Shown piece after piece: positions 1-8,028 of a DNA stretch of 27,139 nt (the first letter of the stretch is position 1; every line of letters starts with the position of its first letter). Below the pieces are notes generated by a model, which did no database searches, was not told where the DNA came from, and saw only the letters and a list, made by a program, of their open reading frames with translations. This DNA is from Caldisericaceae bacterium (GTDB lineage Bacteria > Caldisericota > Caldisericia > Caldisericales > Caldisericaceae). The position numbers were made by a program, and so were the translations under genes. The stretch is taken from contig JALSNB010000300.1 in assembly GCA_026987225.1 (NCBI GenBank), positions 1 through 27,139 of the forward strand, in the 5' to 3' direction.

Positions 1-1880
1 ATTTTCACAGCACACTGCTATTTTTGTTTTTTCTATTTCTTGCCGTATTTTTAATATCGTTTTTAGACAAAGTAATTTTAAAAACCCTTGCCGCTATTAT
101 TTTTATTGTGGCTATTCTTGTTTCTTTTGCTCAAGTTAAACCTTTTTATGAGCCGGATGTACCTGATAGTTTGTGTATGAGGAAAATTTCCATCACCGCT
201 ACGGTATCTGATTTTTCAAAGCAAACGAGCAGGCCCAATACGTTTCGTATATCTCATATTACGATAAACGGAAAAGAATATTCCGGTTTTGGCAAAGTGT
301 ATGCTCTGTCTGATCCTCCGCCATCTTACTCCAGGGTAAATATATACGGAGAGTTAAAGAAAATTCCTACGGAAGGTTTTATTAATAAGCTCAATAAAAA
401 TGAATATATAATTTATGCGGATGACGTTAAAATAGTAAAGAGTTATGCGTTTTTCAGATTTTTCTCCAAAATGCGAAAGAGGATAGAAGAGAATACGTAT
501 CTTTCTATGAAAAGTAGCGAAGCAATGCTTTTTCTTTCGTCAATTTGCGGTATTTCATCGTTGTCTTATGATGAAAAAAAGCCTTTTATAGGTACCGGTA
601 CCGCTCATATTTTTGCAGTTTCCGGATTACACGTTGGCATTTTGGGCGAGAGTATTGATAAAATAACTACTCCTTTCGGAAGCGGTTATCAAAGTTTTTC
701 CATTTTGCTTGTTCTTCTCTTTGTGTTTCTTGTAGGGTTCAGAGTTTCTGCTATTAGGGCGTTCCTTATGTATGGCATTTCCGCACTTTCTACTGCAGTC
801 GGCAGGGAACAAATTCCAATAAATACGCTTTCTCTGATTGCACTTGCCATACTTCTCTTAAGCCCCCTTGCGCTGTTTACCGTAAGTTTCCAAATGTCTT
901 TTGCTGCAATCTTGGGATTGTTGGTGATTGCTCCGATTATTTATTCCTTTTTTCCGAAACATTTTTTGTTCAGAATGCTATCGGAAGTTGTTTCGGTTCA
1001 GCTCATCTTATTTCCTATTATTGCATTTTATTTCCATTCTTTATCCGTGATTTCTTTTATTGCAAACCTCATTGTAATTCCGCTGATGTATATTTTGATG
1101 CCAATAGGTATTCTTCAGCTGTTATTTTCGCTTTGCGGTTTGCATTGTGCGCTATTTTTTGCCCCTATAACGAATTTTTCTTTTCGAATTTTAAACAAAA
1201 TAGTTTTTTTGTTCTACAATTTGCCGTATGCAAAATTAAATGTTTCGTTTAACATCTACTTCCTACTTGCATATTTTTCATTTCTTGCAATTTTTATATT
1301 TGCTTTTAAAACCAATAAGCGGTGGAAATATATTACGATTGTTGCACTTCTTGGTATAGTAGCACTTCCTTTTATATTGAAGCCCGCACTTGGTATTTAT
1401 CCTATTTCTTTGGAAGGTGAGGACGGATTTCTTATTCTTAAAAGGCAAACGGCCGTTTATGTTTCCTCACCCACGAGCCTTAAAAGCGAAAAAGCGGATT
1501 TGTATTCTATCGAAAAAGTATTAAGTGAGCATGGTGTAAATAAAATAGATTTGATGATATTCGACGCGCCTTTTGCGGATAAAGAATCAAGTAGTGTGTA
1601 TCTTATAGATGATTTTAAAGTGGAACATGTTGTAATTCCGCCTTCTGATTCCGATCTTGAAAGCGCTTTTGTGAGACTAAATAGGAATAAAACTAACATA
1701 CGTTTTGCAAATTTAAATTCCACTATTATCTTAAAGGGTATGAAGTTTGGTTTTGTATCGTGCGGCAAAAAATATGCCGTTTTGCTCGAAGTGAACGGAA
1801 GAAAATACTTACTTGTTGGAAAAGGTGCATCCAGTATTCCCGCCGTTAATTACGATGTTTTGTATACTTTAAACGATTAA
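1..1880 (+). CDS. comEC: ComEC/Rec2 competence membrane channel, probably 5'-truncated; C-terminal MBL-like domain degenerate
   Basis: Competence-domain motif GTAHIFAVSGLHVG, followed by SAIRAFLM and SFQMSFAA and many hydrophobic segments, with an OB-like region upstream. The frame is open from base 3 to the TTG at 24, so the true start is probably before the window. Confidence 0.9.
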   Translation, partial: FHSTLLFLFFLFLAVFLISFLDKVILKTLAAIIFIVAILVSFAQVKPFYEPDVPDSLCMRKISITATVSDFSKQTSRPNTFRISHITINGKEYSGFGKVYALSDPPPSYSRVNIYGELKKIPTEGFINKLNKNEYIIYADDVKIVKSYAFFRFFSKMRKRIEENTYLSMKSSEAMLFLSSICGISSLSYDEKKPFIGTGTAHIFAVSGLHVGILGESIDKITTPFGSGYQSFSILLVLLFVFLVGFRVSAIRAFLMYGISALSTAVGREQIPINTLSLIALAILLLSPLALFTVSFQMSFAAILGLLVIAPIIYSFFPKHFLFRMLSEVVSVQLILFPIIAFYFHSLSVISFIANLIVIPLMYILMPIGILQLLFSLCGLHCALFFAPITNFSFRILNKIVFLFYNLPYAKLNVSFNIYFLLAYFSFLAIFIFAFKTNKRWKYITIVALLGIVALPFILKPALGIYPISLEGEDGFLILKRQTAVYVSSPTSLKSEKADLYSIEKVLSEHGVNKIDLMIFDAPFADKESSSVYLIDDFKVEHVVIPPSDSDLESAFVRLNRNKTNIRFANLNSTIILKGMKFGFVSCGKKYAVLLEVNGRKYLLVGKGASSIPAVNYDVLYTLND

Positions 1881-1942
1881 AATTCGAGAATATTTTGTGA
1901 AAGAGATTTTGCCTGTATTATATACGAGAAAAGAGGGATGAA

Positions 1943-4432
1943 ATGAAGAAACTTGTTTTAATTGACGGAAGTAGTATTCTTTACAGGGCTTTTTTTGCCC
2001 TTCCGCATTTTGTTACGAAAAATGGCGAGCCAACGGGCGCCCTTTACGGATTTATGAGAATGCTTTTGCATGTAATTAAAGATGAAAGTCCGGATTATAT
2101 AGCAATTGCACTTGACAGAAAAGCTCCTACCGTGCGTCATGCGGAATATAAAGATTATAAGGCGCAGCGTCCAAAAATGCCGGACGAACTTTCCGAGCAA
2201 TTTAGAACCATTCATGAGCTTCTATCCGCATTAAACATACCGGTATTTGAACTTGACGGTTTTGAGGCAGACGATGTGATTGCGCATATTGCAAAAAAAG
2301 CGGAAGAGCGTGGAATAGAAACTGTTATTATTACGGGCGATATGGATTTGACGCAACTTATTACTGATAAAATTAGAGTAAAAGTTACAAGAAAAGGAGT
2401 TACCAAACTCGAAGAATTTACTCGTGAAAAACTTAAATCCGAGTTGGGGATTTTCCCGGAACAGATTCCGGATTACAAGGCTTTGAGAGGAGACCCTTCC
2501 GATAATATTAAAGGTGTACCTGGAATTGGTCCCAAAACAGCTGCAAAACTTCTTTCCAAATACGGAACGGTCGAGAAAGTGATCGAAAATGAAAATAGCG
2601 CTAAGATAGTGGAAAATAAAGATCTCATCATTCAGAACAAGAAATTGTGCAAACTTATATACGATGTACCTATAGACGTTGATATCGAAGATTTGAAAGT
2701 AAAACAATTTAACAAAGAAGAACTTTTGAATATTCTTAAAAGATTTGAATTTAAAAGCCTGATAAGGGAACTCAATTTAAATCCGGAACTTAAAATAGAC
2801 AAATCGGACGGTAGAATGTCTGTTATTGTAAAGAGCAAAAACGATACCATAACCGAATTTGCTATTGCCGATAAGGGTTGCTCGAAACAGTTTGTAATCG
2901 GAGCGGAGCTGTTTACAGATACCAGTGCGTTAAAATTACTCAAAGAGGCATTGGAAAATGAGAAACTTAAAGAAGTGGTTGATCTGAAAGAACTTTTTAA
3001 ACTTTCCAGAGTTTACGGAATAAAATTGAATAATGTGCATTTGGATGTTTCCCTTGCCGGATACGTGATAAATCCGGATATGAAAAAGTTCGATGTGGAG
3101 GCGCTTGCCGATGAATTCGGAGCAAATTGCAAGGCGGAAACTTTGAGCGAGAAGGCAAAATGCATGTTGGACGTTTCGTATATCGAAGAAGATGTGCTGA
3201 AAGAAAAGGGGCTTAGTAATCTTTATTCCACCGTTGAGATGCCTCTTGCAGAAGTGCTTGCCGATATGGAAATGACCGGTATAAAGATTGATACTGAGTA
3301 TTTCAAAAAATTGAAGGAAGATATCGAAAACGAACTGCTTAAGTTAGAGAAAAAAATATTTGATCTTGCCGGAATTTCTTTCAATATTCTATCATCGAGG
3401 CAACTTGCGGATATACTTTTTGACGGGCTTGGTATTACTCCCCTGAAAAGAGGGAAAACGGGTTATTCTACGAGCAGTAATGTACTTAACGAGCTTATTA
3501 ATGCACACCCTATAATTCCGCTTGTCCTTCAATACAGGCATTTGTCCAAATTAAAATCTTCCTATATAGATTCTTTGCCAAAGCTTGTCTCCAAAGACGA
3601 TTTTAAGCTTCATACGACTTTCCATCAGCTTGGGACGATAACGGGTAGGTTAAGAAGTTCCAATCCTAATATGCAGAACATTCCTGCGCATTCTGAATGG
3701 GGAGAAAAAATTCGTGCGGGCTTTGTGAGTAGCGGAGAAGATTATATTTTGATTAGTTCCGACTATTCACAGATAGAGCTTAGAGTTCTTGCGCATCTCT
3801 CCATGGATAAAAATCTCATTGAAGCCTTCTTGAACGATGTTGATATTCATACGCGTACCGCTTCGCTTGTTTTTAACGTTCCGGAAGAGAATGTGACAAA
3901 GGAAATGAGAAGAAGAGCAAAAATATTAAATTTCGGAATTATTTACGGAATGTCTCCGTACGGTGCCGCTAAACAGTTAAATTGTTCCACTGAAGAAGCC
4001 AAAGAATATATAGATGCGTATTTTGCCCGCTTTCCAACAGTTAGGGACTACATTGAATTTCTTGTTTCCAAAGCCAAAAAAGAAGGTGAAACGCGAACGA
4101 TTTTGGGGAGGAGAAGAATTGTAAAGGGTTTTGATAGTAGTAATCAGAGAATGAGGGAAGAAGCAAGAAGAATAGCAATAAATACGCCTATCCAGGGAAG
4201 TGCCGCCGATATTATAAAACTTGCCATGGTGAATCTTTTTGGCAGAATAAAAGGAACGGACACGCATATTCTATTGCAGATTCATGATGAACTGATCGTG
4301 GAAACAAAGGAAAGTAATTTTAGGGATGTTTTAAAAACGGTTAAGGAAGAGATGGAAAATGCTTACAAACTGAACGTTCCGCTCAAGGTAAACATTGCAT
4401 ACGGGAAAAATTTAAAGGAAGCAAAGGCATGA
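1943..4432 (+). CDS. polA: DNA polymerase I (5'-3' exonuclease plus family A polymerase; proofreading domain degenerate)
   Basis: N-terminal LIDGSSILYRAFFA, FEADDVIA and GDPSDNIKGVPGIGPKTA. Polymerase motifs A (SDYSQIELRVLAHLS), B (RRRAKILNFGIIYG) and C (LQIHDEL). AGAGGG RBS upstream. Confidence 0.98.
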   Translation: MKKLVLIDGSSILYRAFFALPHFVTKNGEPTGALYGFMRMLLHVIKDESPDYIAIALDRKAPTVRHAEYKDYKAQRPKMPDELSEQFRTIHELLSALNIPVFELDGFEADDVIAHIAKKAEERGIETVIITGDMDLTQLITDKIRVKVTRKGVTKLEEFTREKLKSELGIFPEQIPDYKALRGDPSDNIKGVPGIGPKTAAKLLSKYGTVEKVIENENSAKIVENKDLIIQNKKLCKLIYDVPIDVDIEDLKVKQFNKEELLNILKRFEFKSLIRELNLNPELKIDKSDGRMSVIVKSKNDTITEFAIADKGCSKQFVIGAELFTDTSALKLLKEALENEKLKEVVDLKELFKLSRVYGIKLNNVHLDVSLAGYVINPDMKKFDVEALADEFGANCKAETLSEKAKCMLDVSYIEEDVLKEKGLSNLYSTVEMPLAEVLADMEMTGIKIDTEYFKKLKEDIENELLKLEKKIFDLAGISFNILSSRQLADILFDGLGITPLKRGKTGYSTSSNVLNELINAHPIIPLVLQYRHLSKLKSSYIDSLPKLVSKDDFKLHTTFHQLGTITGRLRSSNPNMQNIPAHSEWGEKIRAGFVSSGEDYILISSDYSQIELRVLAHLSMDKNLIEAFLNDVDIHTRTASLVFNVPEENVTKEMRRRAKILNFGIIYGMSPYGAAKQLNCSTEEAKEYIDAYFARFPTVRDYIEFLVSKAKKEGETRTILGRRRIVKGFDSSNQRMREEARRIAINTPIQGSAADIIKLAMVNLFGRIKGTDTHILLQIHDELIVETKESNFRDVLKTVKEEMENAYKLNVPLKVNIAYGKNLKEAKA

Positions 4433-5028
4433 AGGTTATAGGGCTTACGGGCAATATTGCTTCCGGTAAAAGCGAGGTTTCTAAAATATTGAGCAATCTT
4501 GGTGCGGTTGTTATTGATATGGATAATATCGGAAAAGATATTCAGCGAAAAAATAAAGGCGGAGTAATGGATAAAATTATCTCCACGTTTGGTAATAAGT
4601 TTATTAAAAACGGCAGATTCGACAGAAGAGCTTTTGGCAATTATGTTTTTTCAGATAAGGAAGCCCTGAGCAAGCTTAATGAAATTATGATTCCGGTAAT
4701 GACCGAAGAGTTAAAAAAGATTTTGAATGATTTGTCAAAAGAAGGGATTAAGGTTGTCGTTGTTGATGCCGCTATTCTTTTTGAAGCGGGTTGGGATAAG
4801 TTTGCCGATGAGGTATGGGTTGTTTATACGCCTAAAGCGTTGCAACTGAAAAGGTTAAGAAAGCGTGAAAATATTTCGGAAGACGAAGCGTTAATAAGAA
4901 TTGAGGCACAAATGCCTATAGAAGAAAAGATTCACCGTGCGGACTTTGTTATAGATAATAGCGGCGATCTGGCAACCGTCGAAGAACAGGTTTTACAGTT
5001 ATGGAACAGAGTAAAGAATTCCATTTAA
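4429..5028 (+). CDS. coaE: Dephospho-CoA kinase
   Basis: Walker A GLTGNIASGKS, VVDAAILFE, RIEAQMP...ADFVIDNSG. ATGA overlap with the polA stop; polA-coaE synteny is common. Confidence 0.96.
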   Translation: MKVIGLTGNIASGKSEVSKILSNLGAVVIDMDNIGKDIQRKNKGGVMDKIISTFGNKFIKNGRFDRRAFGNYVFSDKEALSKLNEIMIPVMTEELKKILNDLSKEGIKVVVVDAAILFEAGWDKFADEVWVVYTPKALQLKRLRKRENISEDEALIRIEAQMPIEEKIHRADFVIDNSGDLATVEEQVLQLWNRVKNSI

Positions 5029-5750
5029 GTTTTTCCAGAATTGCTATCTATGAAGCGTGTCCGCTCAGATACAAATTTATATATATCGATAAACTTCCCA
5101 CAGCGGAGAGAAGTTATTTTAGTTTCGGAAACACCATTCATAAAGTGCTTGAGCTATTTTATCACCCTGAACACAACTTTGTAGTCCTCAAGAAACCACC
5201 GTCAGAGTATTTGAACGAACTGTTAGAGAAAAACTGGATATCCGTAGGATACAAAAGCAAGAAAGAGGAAGAGAAAGCAAAGGAAGAGGCAAGAAGAATT
5301 TTGCTTAAATTTTACAGAGAGAATATTTTTGGTTTTAAACCGGCACGTTTTGTGGAAAAAAATTTTTCTTTCAATGTGGGTGAATTTAAAGTCATAGGAA
5401 GAATTGATAGGGTTGATGAGGATAACAACGGTTTTAAGATTATCGACTACAAAACTAACAGAATTTTGCCGAGACTTTTCAAGGAAATAGATCTTTTGCA
5501 GCCCGCTATTTATTATATGGCGGCAAAAAGAGCGTTAGGGATTGAAAATGTAAATAGCGTTTCGCTGTTTTTTGTTCGTTTTAACGAAGAAATTACCTTT
5601 GATTTGAAAGAGGAATTTCTCAAGAAGAGCGAAGAAAAGATTGTAAAAACCGGTGAAGCGATTTTACGAGGTGATTTCGAGCCAAGGCCTAACGGTAAAT
5701 GTTCTACTTGTGAGTTCAGGGGCATATGCCCTGTTTTCAAAGAAAAATAA
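5001..5750 (+). CDS. RecB/AddB/Cas4-like PD-(D/E)XK nuclease with predicted [4Fe-4S] staple
   Basis: LSFSRIAIYEACP (Cys 1), GNTIHKVLE, GRIDRVD...IIDYKT (motifs II/III), QPAIY, and C-terminal CSTCEFRGIC (Cys 2-4). Confidence 0.9.
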   Translation: MEQSKEFHLSFSRIAIYEACPLRYKFIYIDKLPTAERSYFSFGNTIHKVLELFYHPEHNFVVLKKPPSEYLNELLEKNWISVGYKSKKEEEKAKEEARRILLKFYRENIFGFKPARFVEKNFSFNVGEFKVIGRIDRVDEDNNGFKIIDYKTNRILPRLFKEIDLLQPAIYYMAAKRALGIENVNSVSLFFVRFNEEITFDLKEEFLKKSEEKIVKTGEAILRGDFEPRPNGKCSTCEFRGICPVFKEK

Positions 5751-6330
5751 CGTTTTTGCTTTTTCCTTTTATGGATTTTATAAATTGTTCTATGTAATCT
5801 TCTTTTAAAGAAACAGTTAATGTGATTTTTTCTCCGTATTCTTCGTTTATTATCTTTCCGTCAAATTGATGCACAAAATACATAACAAGCCTTACTTCAT
5901 TATAAGGGAAAGAGATTTTAATGCTTCTTTTTATGTCAATCTCTACAATTTCTCCGGCTTCTATCGCTGCTTTTGCCGTTGAAAAATAAGCACGCACAAG
6001 GCCACCGATACCGAGCTTAATTCCTCCAAAAAACCTTGTTATAACTACTGCACAGTTTGTAACTTCACTTCCTTTGATGGCGTTGAACGTGGGAAGCCCT
6101 GCGCTCCCTGACGGTTCTCTGTCGTCACTGTATAAAAATTGTTCTTTGTCTCCAACGCCTATTCTATAGGCAAATACGTTGTGTGTCGCTTTTCTGAATT
6201 TTTCGGATATTTCTCCTATAAATTTTTCCGCTTCTCCCTTTGAGTTTACCGGCATTGCGCTTCCAATAAATTTTGATTTTTTAATTGTTTGCTCTACCTG
6301 TGAGAATTTACTAATCGTTTTGTATTTCAT
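5737..6330 (-). CDS. yigZ: YigZ/IMPACT family protein
   Basis: IKKSKFIG, ATHNVFAYR, SDDREPSGSAG and VITRFFGGIKLGIGGLVRAY. ATGA overlap with the upstream gene and AGGAGGTG RBS. Confidence 0.93.
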   Translation of the reverse strand: MKYKTISKFSQVEQTIKKSKFIGSAMPVNSKGEAEKFIGEISEKFRKATHNVFAYRIGVGDKEQFLYSDDREPSGSAGLPTFNAIKGSEVTNCAVVITRFFGGIKLGIGGLVRAYFSTAKAAIEAGEIVEIDIKRSIKISFPYNEVRLVMYFVHQFDGKIINEEYGEKITLTVSLKEDYIEQFIKSIKGKSKNVIFL

Positions 6331-7271
6331 TCTGCAAGGGCACCTCCTATGGGAGGAAAAGGATAGAAAAATTTAAACCAGATTTCTGTGATCTCGAGAT
6401 TCGAGCAATAGAAAGCGAAGTTGTATTTTTTCGCCATGTTTTCGCTATACAGTGTGAGTATGGAAAACGGCGAATTTGCATATCCAGATGCAATTACTCT
6501 GATTTTACCTTTCGATTGATAAAGTTCAAGTTTTTCTGCTATTTTATTTTCCCAGTCGATATCATCCTTGCCGAAAATTTTGTAACATTTGTCCTTAAAG
6601 CTGTAATACGTGCCGAAATCTTCAAAAAGAATTCCCTGAATATCGTTAACTATTTTGTCAAGAATAGTAAACCCTCTATTGACAATAATGAATTTTTCCG
6701 GGTACTTCTCGTGAAGAAAATTTATAAAACTTATTGTTCCGTTTTTTAGTCGCGGATAATCGTCAACATCATCCACGGTATCTAAAAATACTCCCTGAGC
6801 GCCGCTGTCAAATACATTCTGAATTTGGGCCAAAAGATATTTCCGATAATTTTTGTTTGATATGTCCATAATCTTTGTTTGCCAGTTTGTATTTTCCCCT
6901 ATTACTGCGCTATCTAACTTATATTTAACAAAATCGGATTTTTCTCCGTCGAATTCGAGCAAAGAAACATATCCCGCTATTAATGTTTTCTTAGAAGCGT
7001 AATTGACGATTCTTTTCGGGAGAAATCTTGTTTGTAATATAAAAAGTTCAAGTTCGTTGGAAAGCATTTTAATCGTGTTTTCGTCTTCTCCGTAGTAAGC
7101 AGCTGCTCTTTCTATTTTGATTAACGGATTTTGCAACGAACATCCTTTTGCATTCCGGGCTATGTTTAGGGCATGACTTTTAGTTGCTGCGTTTGTAAAC
7201 GTGTCGCTTGCCGGGGCGAATATTAATGAAAAAAGGAAAAATATTAGCAGTATTGTTATTATTTTTCTCAT
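6327..7271 (-). CDS. Exported endo-alpha-1,4-polygalactosaminidase-like TIM-barrel glycoside hydrolase (GH114/PelA-GH166/TM1410-like)
   Basis: N-terminal signal-peptide-like segment (MRKIITILLIFFLFSLIFAPA), AYYG, YVSLLE, GVFLDTVDD, IIVNRGF and GILFED, all typical of this family. Confidence 0.8.
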   Translation of the reverse strand: MRKIITILLIFFLFSLIFAPASDTFTNAATKSHALNIARNAKGCSLQNPLIKIERAAAYYGEDENTIKMLSNELELFILQTRFLPKRIVNYASKKTLIAGYVSLLEFDGEKSDFVKYKLDSAVIGENTNWQTKIMDISNKNYRKYLLAQIQNVFDSGAQGVFLDTVDDVDDYPRLKNGTISFINFLHEKYPEKFIIVNRGFTILDKIVNDIQGILFEDFGTYYSFKDKCYKIFGKDDIDWENKIAEKLELYQSKGKIRVIASGYANSPFSILTLYSENMAKKYNFAFYCSNLEITEIWFKFFYPFPPIGGALAE

Positions 7272-7280
7272 ACGTATAAT
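7253..7280 (+). promoter_or_regulatory. Putative sigma70 promoter TTGTTA-N16-TATAAT for the DUF59-NifX gene
   Basis: TTGTTA at 7253-7258, TATAAT at 7275-7280, AAGGAGG RBS at 7306-7312 before ATG 7318. Confidence 0.6.
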
Positions 7281-7306
7281 TATAGCTGAATAAAATTGTA
7301 ATTCAA
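7279..7306 (-). promoter_or_regulatory. Putative sigma70 promoter TTGAAT-N16-TATAAT, 7 nt before the GH114-like start (leaderless candidate)
   Basis: Reverse complement of 7301-7306 is TTGAAT and of 7279-7284 is TATAAT. No SD between the -10 and ATG 7271. Confidence 0.6.
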
Positions 7307-7317
7307 AGGAGGCTTTA

Positions 7318-7935
7318 ATGAATTTAAAAGATAAGATTATTGAAGCTCTGAAAAAAGTTGAAGACCCTGAATTAAGGCAGGATGTAGTCTCTTTAAAGCT
7401 TGTGTATGATTTTAATGTGGATGAGGATAACGGGCTTGTGCAATTTAAGTTTATGCCTACGACTCCCGATTGCCCTATCGGAGTTCAGCTTGCGTTGATG
7501 ATCAGAGGTGCCGTAAAGGAAGTCCCCGGAGTAAAAAAAGTAATAATGCGTGTGGAGAATTTTATTTATCAAGATCAACTGAACGGTTATCTTGAAGAGA
7601 TTGAAAAGGAAGAGGAGGAAGGCGAGCATATTGCCATTGCAACGGATAGAAACGGCAATGTGTGGACTAAGGAATGTAATAAAGCCGAGTTCTATATGGT
7701 TTATACAAAGTATGGAAATTTTTTGTCTGCCAGAGAGAATAGTTTACTTAAAGACGGAACTTTCGACAATATAGTAAAATTTGTCAATCTTCTTGCCGAT
7801 ATTAAAACTCTTATCTGTTTTAATATTTCAGATGAAATGAAAGAGAAGCTTGAAAATCACTATGGCATTAATGTTTTTGTGACCACTAAAAAAACTCAAA
7901 AAGAGGCACTTGCGGAATTTTTCAATAGAAAATAA
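7318..7935 (+). CDS. DUF59 (SufT/FeS_assembly_P) domain fused to a NifB/NifX-like domain
   Basis: N-terminal EDPE...FMPTTPDCP matches the DUF59 DPE-x-T-x-x-C signature. Acidic linker EEIEKEEEEGE. C-terminal HIAIATD...AEFYMVY...KTLICFNIS...YGINVF resembles the NifX fold. Confidence 0.75.
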   Translation: MNLKDKIIEALKKVEDPELRQDVVSLKLVYDFNVDEDNGLVQFKFMPTTPDCPIGVQLALMIRGAVKEVPGVKKVIMRVENFIYQDQLNGYLEEIEKEEEEGEHIAIATDRNGNVWTKECNKAEFYMVYTKYGNFLSARENSLLKDGTFDNIVKFVNLLADIKTLICFNISDEMKEKLENHYGINVFVTTKKTQKEALAEFFNRK

Positions 7936-7950
7936 TAGTTTGTTCAAGAG

Positions 7951-8026
7951 TGGTGGCGGCGGGGGGATTCGAACCCTCGACACTCCGGGTATGAGCCGGA
8001 TGCTCTAACCTCTGGGCTACGCCGCC
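7951..8026 (-). tRNA. tRNA-Met(CAU), elongator type, CCA encoded
   Basis: Cloverleaf GGCGGCG-TA-GCCC-AGAGGTTA-GAGC-A-TCCGG-CTCATAC-CCGGA-GTGTC-GAGGG-TTCGAAT-CCCCC-CGCCGCC-ACCA. G1-C72 is paired, so not an initiator. G4-C69/G5-C68 argue against Ile2. Confidence 0.93.
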
Positions 8027-8028
8027 AC

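Noticed and set aside
5001-5750. Cas4 as evidence of a CRISPR-Cas locus
   Set aside because: No repeat-spacer array or cas1/cas2 in the window. The fold is shared with AddB/RecB-type nucleases.
7951-8026. tRNA as initiator fMet or lysidine tRNA-Ile2
   Set aside because: The 1-72 pair is G-C, the anticodon stem lacks three consecutive G-C pairs, and the C4-G69/C5-G68 TilS determinants are absent.
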